DNA from: a virus
Virus record (IMG/VR): IMGVR_UViG_3300046171_000138
Reading direction: 5' to 3' (one strand)
Length of the DNA stretch: 64,000 nucleotides
Below, piece by piece: positions 38,337 to 46,392 of the stretch. Every line of letters starts with the position of its first letter. Position 1 is the stretch's first letter. The notes beneath the pieces were generated by a model. The model was not told where the DNA came from, ran no database searches, and saw only the letters and a list, made by a program, of their open reading frames with translations. A program made the translations under genes and the position numbers.

Positions 38337-38582
38337 ATGATTAAATCACTCTTCAGTTTTATATTTGCTGCAGTGATGTGGGTGCAAGTCCCACAGTGGC
38401 AGGATGATTGGAGTAAGTGCGCTGTAGATGTACCTGATGTTCAATGTCATTGGTACATCACAGCACCCGATAGCACTATGGGTGAAGGATTTAGTTGGGC
38501 GAATGCCCCATGGTTCAGTGCAGAAGGTCTCCTAGATATTGGAGAACTTCACAACACAGTTCAATCTCTTCAAGGAGCATGA
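38337..38582 (+). CDS. hypothetical protein with signal-like N-terminus
   Basis: 81-aa ORF, Trp/Cys-rich. Confidence 0.65.
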   Translation: MIKSLFSFIFAAVMWVQVPQWQDDWSKCAVDVPDVQCHWYITAPDSTMGEGFSWANAPWFSAEGLLDIGELHNTVQSLQGA

Positions 38583-38797
38583 TGAATAGTTTCGAGTTCG
38601 CACTTTACTTTGTATGCTTCGCTCTCATTGCAGGTGGTGCCTTCGCTATGATGTGGAGTAACATTCGATCTATTAACATAGAGATGAGTGCTCCTCCCAA
38701 ACCAAAGCATCCAGAGGCACCTGAAGCAGGTGAAGAACTGATGTATGTAGATTTCTCTAGAGAAAAACTAGAAGAGCTTTACAAGAAAAACAAATAG
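38579..38797 (+). CDS. DUF2973-like membrane protein
   Basis: TM segment then KHPEAP...ELMYVDF. Confidence 0.6.
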   Translation: MMNSFEFALYFVCFALIAGGAFAMMWSNIRSINIEMSAPPKPKHPEAPEAGEELMYVDFSREKLEELYKKNK

Positions 38798-38830
38798 TGG
38801 TATACTAGGGGTCTTCGGACCCCTTTTTTA
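38778..38830 (+). terminator. promoter TTTACA-17-TATACT abutting a UUCG terminator
   Basis: AGGGGTC-TTCG-GACCCCT-TTTTT. Confidence 0.75.
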
Positions 38831-39058
38831 ATGTCTTACGAATTGATCCCGCCTAATGATCCCAGGTATTTTACCGAGACTTGTCCCAAACCATATGTAA
38901 GACACAACTATAGGATAGTCTTTTCCAATGGTCAGTCTGAATGGTATGAACACTGGGATGTGGTACAAGCTAGGTGGTTCCAAACACCAAACCAATTCTT
39001 ATCTCACATTGAGGTTGTTGATCCGAAGAAGAAAGAAAAATCAGGAGGATTTGCGTGA
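38831..39058 (+). CDS. hypothetical protein
   Basis: 75-aa ORF. Confidence 0.65.
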   Translation: MSYELIPPNDPRYFTETCPKPYVRHNYRIVFSNGQSEWYEHWDVVQARWFQTPNQFLSHIEVVDPKKKEKSGGFA

Positions 39059-39636
39059 GTGAGCACAACATGATGGACTTGTTTCCACTTGTAATACATT
39101 CTGTTTATGATGAAGACTTTGTAAGTGACGAGTACATCGAATACTTTCATCAATACAGAGACACGTTTCCGACAGAAGTTGTGAGTAATATGGGTGGTTA
39201 TCAATCAGTATCTGATATCCATCAAGACGTTGACTTTATTCCTCTTGCTACTAGAATATGGGAGATGATAGAACCATGTTGTCATGAGATTACTGAACAG
39301 TTTTCTGCTAACGGATATCGTGGAACTCAATTACAACTAGATAATATGTGGTTCAACATTAATGGACCAGGGAATTGGAACGTAGCTCATACACATCCAC
39401 ACTCATTTTATTCTGGTGTGCTGTGGATTTGTGCTCCTGAAGATTCTGGTGATCTAGTATTCAGATCTCCCCATGAACATCAACTCTATGGATATAGAGA
39501 CAGTATGCATACTATCCCACCTGAAACTGGTAGGGTAATTATGTTTCCTTCCCATCTTCTACACCAGGTTACTCCAAATAAAAGTGTAGAAGATCGCTAT
39601 TCAATTTCTTTTAATCTCAATCTTAAAGTCGCATGA
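39055..39636 (+). CDS. 2OG-Fe(II) oxygenase-like protein (TIGR02466-like)
   Basis: MWFNIN, AHTHP, MFPSHLLH, RYSISFNL. Confidence 0.8.
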   Translation: MSEHNMMDLFPLVIHSVYDEDFVSDEYIEYFHQYRDTFPTEVVSNMGGYQSVSDIHQDVDFIPLATRIWEMIEPCCHEITEQFSANGYRGTQLQLDNMWFNINGPGNWNVAHTHPHSFYSGVLWICAPEDSGDLVFRSPHEHQLYGYRDSMHTIPPETGRVIMFPSHLLHQVTPNKSVEDRYSISFNLNLKVA

Positions 39637-39890
39637 AAATTACTATCTACACCATTCCTGGATGTACCTACTGTACAAAAGTAAAAGAGCTTATGGTACG
39701 TGCTGACTTGGAGTACGAGCATTTCCTAGTGGGCACAGACCTGACTAGAGAAGAACTTGTTCGGTCTTACCCCTTGGCAAAAGGGTTCCCGTATGTTATT
39801 ATAGACGGAGAACCAGTCGGAGGTCTGACCCAGACAGCAAAGTATCTAATGGATAAAGGATTGGTGCAATCCCGTAAGAAAAATGGATGA
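39633..39890 (+). CDS. nrdC: glutaredoxin
   Basis: CTYC, cis-Pro FPYV, IGG-like VGG. Confidence 0.85.
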   Translation: MKITIYTIPGCTYCTKVKELMVRADLEYEHFLVGTDLTREELVRSYPLAKGFPYVIIDGEPVGGLTQTAKYLMDKGLVQSRKKNG

Positions 39891-40050
39891 TCTTGAGATA
39901 AATAAAGGTGTGGAATTAATGCTTCGCAGGAGGGCGAAACAACCTCCTCCACAAGAGAGGGGGTTCAAGATCAATCACAGTTTATCTCTCCTCAAAAAAG
40001 TATTTCAATGCAAAATTGAATTTACATGGAGGGAGGAGAGCACTACCTAA
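39883..40050 (+). CDS. small hypothetical protein, 55 aa
   Basis: Manual translation MDDLEINKGVELMLRRR...IEFTWREESTT. Confidence 0.6.
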   Translation: MDDLEINKGVELMLRRRAKQPPPQERGFKINHSLSLLKKVFQCKIEFTWREESTT

Positions 40051-40063
40051 CAGGAAAGATGCT

Positions 40064-40297
40064 ATGACTACTGCAGTAATTCTTACATTCTCAACGATTT
40101 TAATGGTTTTATTTGGAATTGTTGGTGGATTAGTTGGATGGACAGCAAATGATTTCCTTTATGCATACATGAATACACGAGCAAACCTTCCCCAGCATCC
40201 AGAAATGTATGATGATGAAGGTATGGTTGTCAACGAAGAACTCTTATCAGTACGTTTTGTAGACGAGGAGGACCCTGAAGAGGATGGTTATTATTGA
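40064..40297 (+). CDS. small membrane protein
   Basis: N-terminal TM, HPEMYD motif. Confidence 0.65.
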   Translation: MTTAVILTFSTILMVLFGIVGGLVGWTANDFLYAYMNTRANLPQHPEMYDDEGMVVNEELLSVRFVDEEDPEEDGYY

Positions 40298-41147
40298 TAT
40301 GAATCAGGTTATGATTAGTAACCTGATGGCACAGATCAAACAAAGTGAACTGAACGAAAAACTGGTAAGACATATGGTGCTTACCAGTCTTCGTTCTTAT
40401 GAGAAACAATACACCAAAGAATATGGTGAAGTTGTTCTAGCCTACGATAGCAGACACTACTGGAGGAAAGATCTGTTTCCTTTTTACAAAGCAAGTAGAA
40501 AGAAAGCAAGAGCAGAATCATCTCATAACTGGTCAGCAATCTTTGAAGTGCTGAACAAAATCAGAGATGAGATCAAAGAATTTTTTCCTTACAAAGTAGT
40601 AGAAGTCCACGGTGCTGAAGCAGATGATGTAATCTCTACACTCTGCAAGAACAAGGGACCAAAGGACAGGATTCTTATTCTATCTGGGGATAAGGATTTC
40701 ATTCAATTGCAGAAATACCCAGGCATTAAACAGTACAATCCAATTACAAAAAGACCTGTTGCTAATGATGATCCCTGGCATTATGCCAAGGAACATGTCA
40801 TGCGGGGTGACAAGTCAGATGGTATTCCTAATTTTCTATCTGATGATGATACTTTTGTGACTGGCGTTAGACAGAAACCAATCAGTCAAAAGAAAGTTGC
40901 TAAATGGATTGAGCAAAAACCAGAAGAGTTTTGTGCTACAACTCAACAACTGGCTAACTATCATCGCAATCGTAATTTGATTGACTTTGATTGTGTACCA
41001 GAAGAGATCGAGGAAAAAATCCTTGATGAATATAACTCGATAAATATCAGTGGAAAGAAAGTTCCTTTAGAATACTTTAAGGAACATCAACTGAACGATC
41101 TGTTGCAAGAATTCTTTTTTCGTAGTTCATCACCTTTTGATAAATGA
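40284..41147 (+). CDS. rnh: T4-type RNase H / 5'-3' exonuclease
   Basis: IIDMNQ, EADDVI, SGDKDFIQL, GDKSDGIPN. Confidence 0.93.
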   Translation: MVIIDMNQVMISNLMAQIKQSELNEKLVRHMVLTSLRSYEKQYTKEYGEVVLAYDSRHYWRKDLFPFYKASRKKARAESSHNWSAIFEVLNKIRDEIKEFFPYKVVEVHGAEADDVISTLCKNKGPKDRILILSGDKDFIQLQKYPGIKQYNPITKRPVANDDPWHYAKEHVMRGDKSDGIPNFLSDDDTFVTGVRQKPISQKKVAKWIEQKPEEFCATTQQLANYHRNRNLIDFDCVPEEIEEKILDEYNSINISGKKVPLEYFKEHQLNDLLQEFFFRSSSPFDK

Positions 41148-41578
41148 AATTGTTAATTAATGAAGTGCTCCAGAAAGTGAGCAATGCAAAGACCAAACCG
41201 CAGAAGATTAAACTACTTCAGCAGTACAACACACCTGCTCTTCGTTCTATTCTAATTGCGAACTTCGACGAGAGCATCATCAGTCTGTTGCCCCCAGGAG
41301 AAGTCCCCTACATACCCAACGATGCCCCTGAAGGGACGGAACACACTGTCCTGGAGAAAGAGTACCGCAAACTCTATCTCTTCTTCAAGGGCGGCAGCAG
41401 CACCCTTAAGCAGTCCCGTCGTGAGGAACTGTTCATCCAGATGCTAGAGGGTCTCACAGAGGGTGAGGCAGAGGTGCTTGCTCTTGCCAAGGATAAGAAA
41501 CTAGGCAAGCGTTGGAAGGTCACCAAAGCATGTGTCGAAGCAGCATTCCCATCTATCAATTGGGGTAATCGATCTTAA
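41144..41578 (+). CDS. conserved hypothetical protein
   Basis: LPPGEVPY, REELFIQMLEGL. Confidence 0.75.
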   Translation: MKLLINEVLQKVSNAKTKPQKIKLLQQYNTPALRSILIANFDESIISLLPPGEVPYIPNDAPEGTEHTVLEKEYRKLYLFFKGGSSTLKQSRREELFIQMLEGLTEGEAEVLALAKDKKLGKRWKVTKACVEAAFPSINWGNRS

Positions 41579-41841
41579 TGGCTGATAAAGTTATAGTATA
41601 TAAGAAAGGTTGTGATCCTTCTGAAGCAGAGGATAAATCTCTCCCATATATTGCGTACCTAGTTGAATACTCACAAGATGGCATGACAAAATTTGACATC
41701 TGTATTGCTAGTAAGAGAGTAGATCTTTTTGATCACTATTATGACATGTATAAACAAGATTTTATCAGGTTCACACAGACTGAAGGTAGGATCAACCCAA
41801 GACTCTGGACTGATCCCAACAAAGTGACTGATAAAAAATAG
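41578..41841 (+). CDS. conserved hypothetical protein
   Basis: 87-aa ORF, GRINPRLW. Confidence 0.7.
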   Translation: MADKVIVYKKGCDPSEAEDKSLPYIAYLVEYSQDGMTKFDICIASKRVDLFDHYYDMYKQDFIRFTQTEGRINPRLWTDPNKVTDKK

Positions 41842-41849
41842 TAAACTGA

Positions 41850-41910
41850 AATTGAGCTTTTGATTACCAGGATTCCTAAAAAAATTCCCCGTAAAAAATT
41901 GCCTCAATAG
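41850..41910 (+). repeat. dispersed ~65-nt A-tract element, copy 1
   Basis: Aligns with 50994-51060 and 63110-63179. Confidence 0.7.
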
Positions 41911-41927
41911 GTGTCACACAATACAAG

Positions 41928-41956
41928 TTGACACGCCTAAATACATATGGTATAAT
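41928..41956 (+). promoter_or_regulatory. consensus sigma70 promoter with embedded late promoter
   Basis: TTGACA-17-TATAAT; CTAAATA 41937-41943. Confidence 0.85.
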
Positions 41957-41962
41957 AATACC

Positions 41963-42005
41963 ATCGTTCATCCGAGAGATCGGACGCAAGTAAGTCGCGG
42001 AACGG
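41963..42005 (+). ncRNA. glutamine-II (Downstream-peptide)-like riboswitch aptamer 1
   Basis: CGTTCA-TCCGA-GAGA-TCGGA-CGCAAGTAAGTCGCG-GAACGG. Confidence 0.7.
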
Positions 42006-42007
42006 AG

Positions 42008-42194
42008 CCGTTCATCCCATGCTAGAAATATTATTCTATAGCACACTAACTTGTTCTCAAACTGATGCTATCATGCTGAAGATTCAGAACAATGACAATC
42101 TTCACCACCAAGTTAAGATTGAGTTGGTTGATACCCTGAAGGATTCAGCACCTGAATGTCAATGGTATTGGGACGCAAACGACTAAAGGAACGG
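42008..42194 (+). ncRNA. second glutamine-II-like aptamer with an ORF inserted in its P2 loop
   Basis: 5' half CCGTTCATCCC 42008-42018; 3' half GGGACGCAAACGACTAAAGGAACGG 42170-42194. Confidence 0.55.
42019..42186 (+). CDS. 55-aa ORF nested in aptamer 2 (not in ORF track)
   Basis: MLEILFYSTLTCSQTDAIMLKIQNNDNLHHQVKIELVDTLKDSAPECQWYWDAND. Confidence 0.65.
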   Translation: MLEILFYSTLTCSQTDAIMLKIQNNDNLHHQVKIELVDTLKDSAPECQWYWDAND

Positions 42195-42226
42195 ATTAAA
42201 ATCCAACTACTTTAGGAGTACCTACA

Positions 42227-42394
42227 ATGAACACCCTAACTATCATCAAGAAGCAGATCCAGAAAGCAGCTGCACTTCACGACGCACAGATCAGTCACGC
42301 CGCATATCGTGGTGTTGAGTATGATACACGTTGTGTGGAAAGCACAGAGTCCCATGGGACTTTCTGCTACCGTGGACGTACCTATACCAAATAA
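42227..42394 (+). CDS. DUF4278-family small protein, 55 aa (not in ORF track)
   Basis: SD AGGAG; two YRG-x-x-Y motifs (YRGVEY, YRGRTY). Confidence 0.8.
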   Translation: MNTLTIIKKQIQKAAALHDAQISHAAYRGVEYDTRCVESTESHGTFCYRGRTYTK

Positions 42395-42444
42395 GGTATA
42401 GATCTTCTGAAGATCAGACCATAAAAGTTAATACTTTTGTGTTA

Positions 42445-42474
42445 AAAGAGAGGTATTTATACCTCTCTTTTTTT
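42445..42474 (+). terminator. terminator after the DUF4278 gene; stem/loop reads TATAAATA on the minus strand
   Basis: AAAGAGAGGTAT-TT-ATACCTCTCTTT plus T run. Confidence 0.8.
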
Positions 42475-42587
42475 ATTTGTAACCAATGTTACCGTTTAAA
42501 GACATATATACAGTAGCGAAAATAGGTGAAAAAAGTGAACCCAGAACCCTCTTACATTATGAGCCCAAACGAACACGAGGTGGAAAC

Positions 42588-42761
42588 ATGCATGCACTAT
42601 TATCACGCAATCAGTTAGGTGAATGGAAACATTTTCAACACACAATTGATGATCTCGAATCTGAAAATGAAAAACTAGATGACTACTATGAATGCCTAAT
42701 AGAATGTGATGCTCTCGATCAATCACAATGTAAACGAATCTGTAAACAAATTTTGACTTAA
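42588..42761 (+). CDS. small Cys-containing hypothetical protein
   Basis: GAGGTG SD; MHALLSRNQL...YYECLIEC...CKRICKQIL. Confidence 0.7.
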   Translation: MHALLSRNQLGEWKHFQHTIDDLESENEKLDDYYECLIECDALDQSQCKRICKQILT

Positions 42762-42768
42762 TTTTTTC

Positions 42769-42803
42769 GAGGGGTTGCGACCCCTCTTTTTTTATGCTAT
42801 AAT
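42769..42803 (+). terminator. terminator with -35 TTGCGA in its loop and TATAAT 17 nt later
   Basis: GAGGGG-TTGCGA-CCCCTC-T run; TATAAT 42798-42803. Confidence 0.75.
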
Positions 42804-42824
42804 GTATAGGTCTTTAACATACGT

Positions 42825-43100
42825 ATGAAGAAGCTACCGAGGGTGCGAGCACTCAAGAAAGCAATGAAAGAACAACTCAATACAATGACTAACGAAGAAG
42901 TTCAGCGGTCAGTGAGTGATCTTTATGATGCCATGCTTGAAAGAGAACTAATTAAACAAGAACAAAAGAGGAAAGGATTTGGGTATGACATCAGTAAATC
43001 TGATAAGCGTAACTCCAGAAGCAGAGAAGATGATGGGGTACGTAGCGAGGGTGAGCAATCCAGCGAACCAGGAGAACCCGAAGGTAGCGGGACTCCTTAA
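42825..43100 (+). CDS. hypothetical protein (3' part overlaps thyX)
   Basis: Behind early promoter; last ~116 nt in an alternative frame of thyX. Confidence 0.55.
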   Translation: MKKLPRVRALKKAMKEQLNTMTNEEVQRSVSDLYDAMLERELIKQEQKRKGFGYDISKSDKRNSRSREDDGVRSEGEQSSEPGEPEGSGTP

Positions 43101-43623
43101 GTATTGCGTCAAACACCAGCACTGGTCTGTGTTTGAGCAGGCATACATGACTCTTGAGATAAATACAACACGAGGTGTGGCAGCTCAAGTGCTACGGCAT
43201 AGATCATTTACATATCAAGAGTTTTCTCAACGGTATGCAGATTCATCTCTACTAGCTGAAACAATTCCTCTTCCTGAACTACGCCGTCAGGACTCAAAGA
43301 ATCGACAGAACTCTATCGATGACATTGACCCTTTTGTTAAGCAAGAATTCCAGATCAAAATGCAACAGCACTTTGATGCAGGAATGAAACTCTATCAAGA
43401 AATGCTTGATAGAAATATTGCAAAGGAGTGTGCTCGTTTCGTGCTTCCTCTTGCCGTACCAACAAAGATCTACATGACAGGCTCATGTCGTTCGTGGATT
43501 CATTATATTCAACTGCGTTCTGCACATGGAACACAGAAAGAACACATGGATATTGCGGAAGGCGCACGTAGCATCTTTATTAAACAATTCCCTACAGTAT
43601 CCGAAGCACTAGATTGGTTATGA
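42985..43623 (+). CDS. thyX: flavin-dependent thymidylate synthase
   Basis: HWSVFEQ, QVLRHRSFTYQEFSQRY signature, ARFVLP. Confidence 0.95.
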   Translation: MTSVNLISVTPEAEKMMGYVARVSNPANQENPKVAGLLKYCVKHQHWSVFEQAYMTLEINTTRGVAAQVLRHRSFTYQEFSQRYADSSLLAETIPLPELRRQDSKNRQNSIDDIDPFVKQEFQIKMQQHFDAGMKLYQEMLDRNIAKECARFVLPLAVPTKIYMTGSCRSWIHYIQLRSAHGTQKEHMDIAEGARSIFIKQFPTVSEALDWL

Positions 43624-43850
43624 AATTACTTACACTAGATGATTATCAAAGAGCAGGAGAAACATTCTGGCCAAAGTATTGGTACGTTGCCAAAGAACTT
43701 GGTGAAGGTGCCAGGACAGAAGATGTTCTTAAATGTATGGAAGCAATCGGTGGTGTTGCATTGAAGCTAGCACTAGAAGAACAGGCAGCAGGTCCATTTG
43801 GTTTTAATAAAAAGGAGAAAGAAAATGCCGACGTACCCAGTGATTCATAA
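43620..43850 (+). CDS. conserved hypothetical protein
   Basis: ETFWPKYWYVAKELG. Confidence 0.7.
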   Translation: MKLLTLDDYQRAGETFWPKYWYVAKELGEGARTEDVLKCMEAIGGVALKLALEEQAAGPFGFNKKEKENADVPSDS

Positions 43851-44064
43851 GGAGACTGGAGAGAAGAAAGAACTCTCCATGACAATGAAAGAGTATTGTG
43901 AATGGAAAGACGCCAACCCCGAATGGGATAAAGATTGGCAAGCAGGTGTCGCTGGCGTAGGCGAAGCAGGCGACTGGAAAAACAAGATGAGTAAGACTCA
44001 TCCAGGATGGAACGATATCATGACTCGTGCATCTAAAATTAGGAATTCAACTATTGAGTGGTAA
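43825..44064 (+). CDS. conserved hypothetical protein
   Basis: AAGGAG SD; MPTYPV...GWNDIM. Confidence 0.7.
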   Translation: MPTYPVIHKETGEKKELSMTMKEYCEWKDANPEWDKDWQAGVAGVGEAGDWKNKMSKTHPGWNDIMTRASKIRNSTIEW

Positions 44065-44066
44065 CT

Positions 44067-44819
44067 ATGCCTAGATCTAGAAAGCGCAACCAACCTGACA
44101 TTAATGGTATGTCAAACAAACAGATGAAGAGGAAGAAACCTATTGATTCTTCTTATCTGTTGCCTGTAGAACCTCTGACAGATAATCAAAAGATTATGTT
44201 TGAGGAGTATGGTAAGGGGCAAAACATCTATGCTTATGGATGCGCTGGTACAGGTAAAACGTTTGTTGCTTTGTACCTGGCTCTCCGTGATGTATTAGAT
44301 GAATACACACCATATGATAAGGTATACATTGTACGTTCTCTAGTTGCTACGAGGGAAATTGGTTTCCTTCCTGGTACACATGAGGATAAAGCATCTCTTT
44401 ATCAGATTCCATACAAGAACATGGTAAAATACATGTTCGAGATGCCTGATGACAACAGCTTTGAGATGCTGTATGAGAACCTGAAGGCACAGGAAACGGT
44501 ATCATTCTGGTCCACATCATTCCTACGTGGTACTACACTAGATAATTCTATTGTTCTTATCGATGAGTGCCAGAACTTAAACTTCCACGAACTCGATTCA
44601 ATCATGACACGTTGTGGTCAAGATACAAAGATCATGTTCTGTGGTGATGCCCGTCAGTCTGACTTGCAGAAGAGCAATGAACGCACAGGCATCGTTGATT
44701 TCCAAAGAATCCTAGAAGACATGAAAGAGTTCTCTTTAGTTGAATACAACATTGAGGACATCGTTCGATCTGGTCTAGTCAAATCGTATCTAATTAGCAA
44801 AATTAACTTGGGTCTTTAA
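44067..44819 (+). CDS. phoH: PhoH-like ATPase
   Basis: GCAGTGKT, IGFLPG, SFLRGTT, IDECQN, CGDARQSD. Confidence 0.95.
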   Translation: MPRSRKRNQPDINGMSNKQMKRKKPIDSSYLLPVEPLTDNQKIMFEEYGKGQNIYAYGCAGTGKTFVALYLALRDVLDEYTPYDKVYIVRSLVATREIGFLPGTHEDKASLYQIPYKNMVKYMFEMPDDNSFEMLYENLKAQETVSFWSTSFLRGTTLDNSIVLIDECQNLNFHELDSIMTRCGQDTKIMFCGDARQSDLQKSNERTGIVDFQRILEDMKEFSLVEYNIEDIVRSGLVKSYLISKINLGL

Positions 44820-45511
44820 TGCATATTTTTAATCATGTAGATGGCATCCTGCCAATTGAAATGAAAGCAGAGATGATTGATGGGAAGAGATACTATGTCA
44901 CTCCTACTGGTGGTAAGTATCCTTCTATCACCACCGTGATTAGTAACAATGCAAGGAAGCAAGCAGGTCTTGCTAAATGGAGAGCACGAGTAGGTAAAGA
45001 AAAAGCGCAAGCAAAAACTACTCGTGGAGCTACCCGTGGTACTAGGTATCACAAACTTGTTGAGGATTATATCAACAACGAGTTAGACACAAAAAAGTAC
45101 AAGGACATGCCACTACCGTGGACAATGTTCCACTCTTCTCGTGAAGTGCTCGATCGTATAAATAGGGTATACCTACAAGAGGCGGCGTTATACTCTGACT
45201 ATTTACAAATTGCAGGACGAGTGGACTGCATTGCAGAGTATGAAGGGGAACTGTCTATCATTGATTTCAAGACAGCAGAAGCACCAAAACGAGAGCAATA
45301 TCTTTACGACTATTTTGTACAAGAATGTGGATACGCATGTATGCTACAGGAAGTGTATGGAGTAACAGTAAAGAAGTTGGTGACGATTGTTGCTTGTGAA
45401 AATGGCGACACTCAAGTCAAAGTTATGCCACCCAAGAAAGAATACTTTGTTAGGTTACAAGAGTACATCCGAGAATACCAGGACAAACATGCTAGACAAA
45501 CTGGAGGATAA
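44819..45511 (+). CDS. PD-(D/E)xK exonuclease (Cas4-like)
   Basis: YPSITTV, RGTRYH, AGRVDCI, IIDFKT. Confidence 0.85.
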   Translation: MHIFNHVDGILPIEMKAEMIDGKRYYVTPTGGKYPSITTVISNNARKQAGLAKWRARVGKEKAQAKTTRGATRGTRYHKLVEDYINNELDTKKYKDMPLPWTMFHSSREVLDRINRVYLQEAALYSDYLQIAGRVDCIAEYEGELSIIDFKTAEAPKREQYLYDYFVQECGYACMLQEVYGVTVKKLVTIVACENGDTQVKVMPPKKEYFVRLQEYIREYQDKHARQTGG

Positions 45512-45734
45512 ATTTATGACAGCTGCGAAATTTTCGCAGGAAGTTGAGAAGATTGCCTTTGATAATGCAATGAACTACATTGATGCAATCGTTTTTTACT
45601 GTGAAACAAATGAGATCGAGATCGAATCGGTCCCCAAATTGATTAGCAAACCACTTAAGGAAAAACTTAAGTATGATGCACAGAAACTAAATTACATTAA
45701 GAAAACTAGTAGAGCTAAACTATTGTTGGTATGA
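45489..45734 (+). CDS. g33: late promoter transcription co-activator
   Basis: FSQEVEK, NYIDAIVFYCE, ISKPLKEKL. Confidence 0.85.
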   Translation: MLDKLEDKFMTAAKFSQEVEKIAFDNAMNYIDAIVFYCETNEIEIESVPKLISKPLKEKLKYDAQKLNYIKKTSRAKLLLV

Positions 45735-46072
45735 GTGATTTCTTTCAGTCGGAAATGGTCCGAGGAGACCTGCAAGAACTTGCCAAGATGCAAGAGTATT
45801 GCATGAAAGCAGCACATGTTTTCCCCGCATTGGCACCTGTAAAAAAACTAGAGTATTTCGATATCTTACAAGAGATGATCGAGAAACAGAAAGTCTTTTA
45901 TACTAGACTGAAGTTGTCAGATGATCCAGAGGCAACTGAAATGGCAGACAGCATTAAACAAGCTGCTGTCATGTTCGGTGCATCCGACAGTGAGGACGCC
46001 AATGTTGTGTTCGATGAACTGATCGGAAAGATCGAAGAGATGCGTCAGCATCTCAAGGCAGAAGGGTATTGA
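45731..46072 (+). CDS. DUF1825-like conserved protein
   Basis: FFQSEMV, IEKQKVFYTRLKLSDDPEA. Confidence 0.7.
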   Translation: MSDFFQSEMVRGDLQELAKMQEYCMKAAHVFPALAPVKKLEYFDILQEMIEKQKVFYTRLKLSDDPEATEMADSIKQAAVMFGASDSEDANVVFDELIGKIEEMRQHLKAEGY

Positions 46073-46097
46073 CCCCGCCTTCTGCCTGTGTTATAAT
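46056..46097 (+). promoter_or_regulatory. hairpin with TTGACC in loop; sigma70 promoter
   Basis: AGGCAGAAGG/CCTTCTGCCT stem; TTGACC-17-TATAAT. Confidence 0.7.
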
Positions 46098-46137
46098 GTC
46101 AGAGTGACGAGGGTCACTTAAACAGAAAAGAAACATC

Positions 46138-46359
46138 ATGAAAACATTTGATCTGTCCAGTCTTTCCATGGACGAAGCAGGAGAACTTTATACCTTGGTA
46201 CGTAAGTTTCAAGTTACCGAAGCTACTGTAACCGAACGTGGTTACTGTGCTAGTGTTCTTGATAAGCTCATGGAGATGATGGGTACGGGATCAATTATGT
46301 TCCCTATCTGTAAGAAAGACTACACATCCGTGATCGAGAAAGCATACGCTCTCTCCTGA
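46138..46359 (+). CDS. hypothetical protein
   Basis: 73-aa ORF behind early promoter. Confidence 0.65.
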   Translation: MKTFDLSSLSMDEAGELYTLVRKFQVTEATVTERGYCASVLDKLMEMMGTGSIMFPICKKDYTSVIEKAYALS

Positions 46360-46392
46360 TCATACAAGCCAAATCCTAACACCCAAACATCC

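Noticed and set aside
44819-45511. Cas4-like nuclease suggesting CRISPR
   Set aside because: No repeat-spacer array or other cas genes seen; this exonuclease is a routine T4-like cyanophage gene
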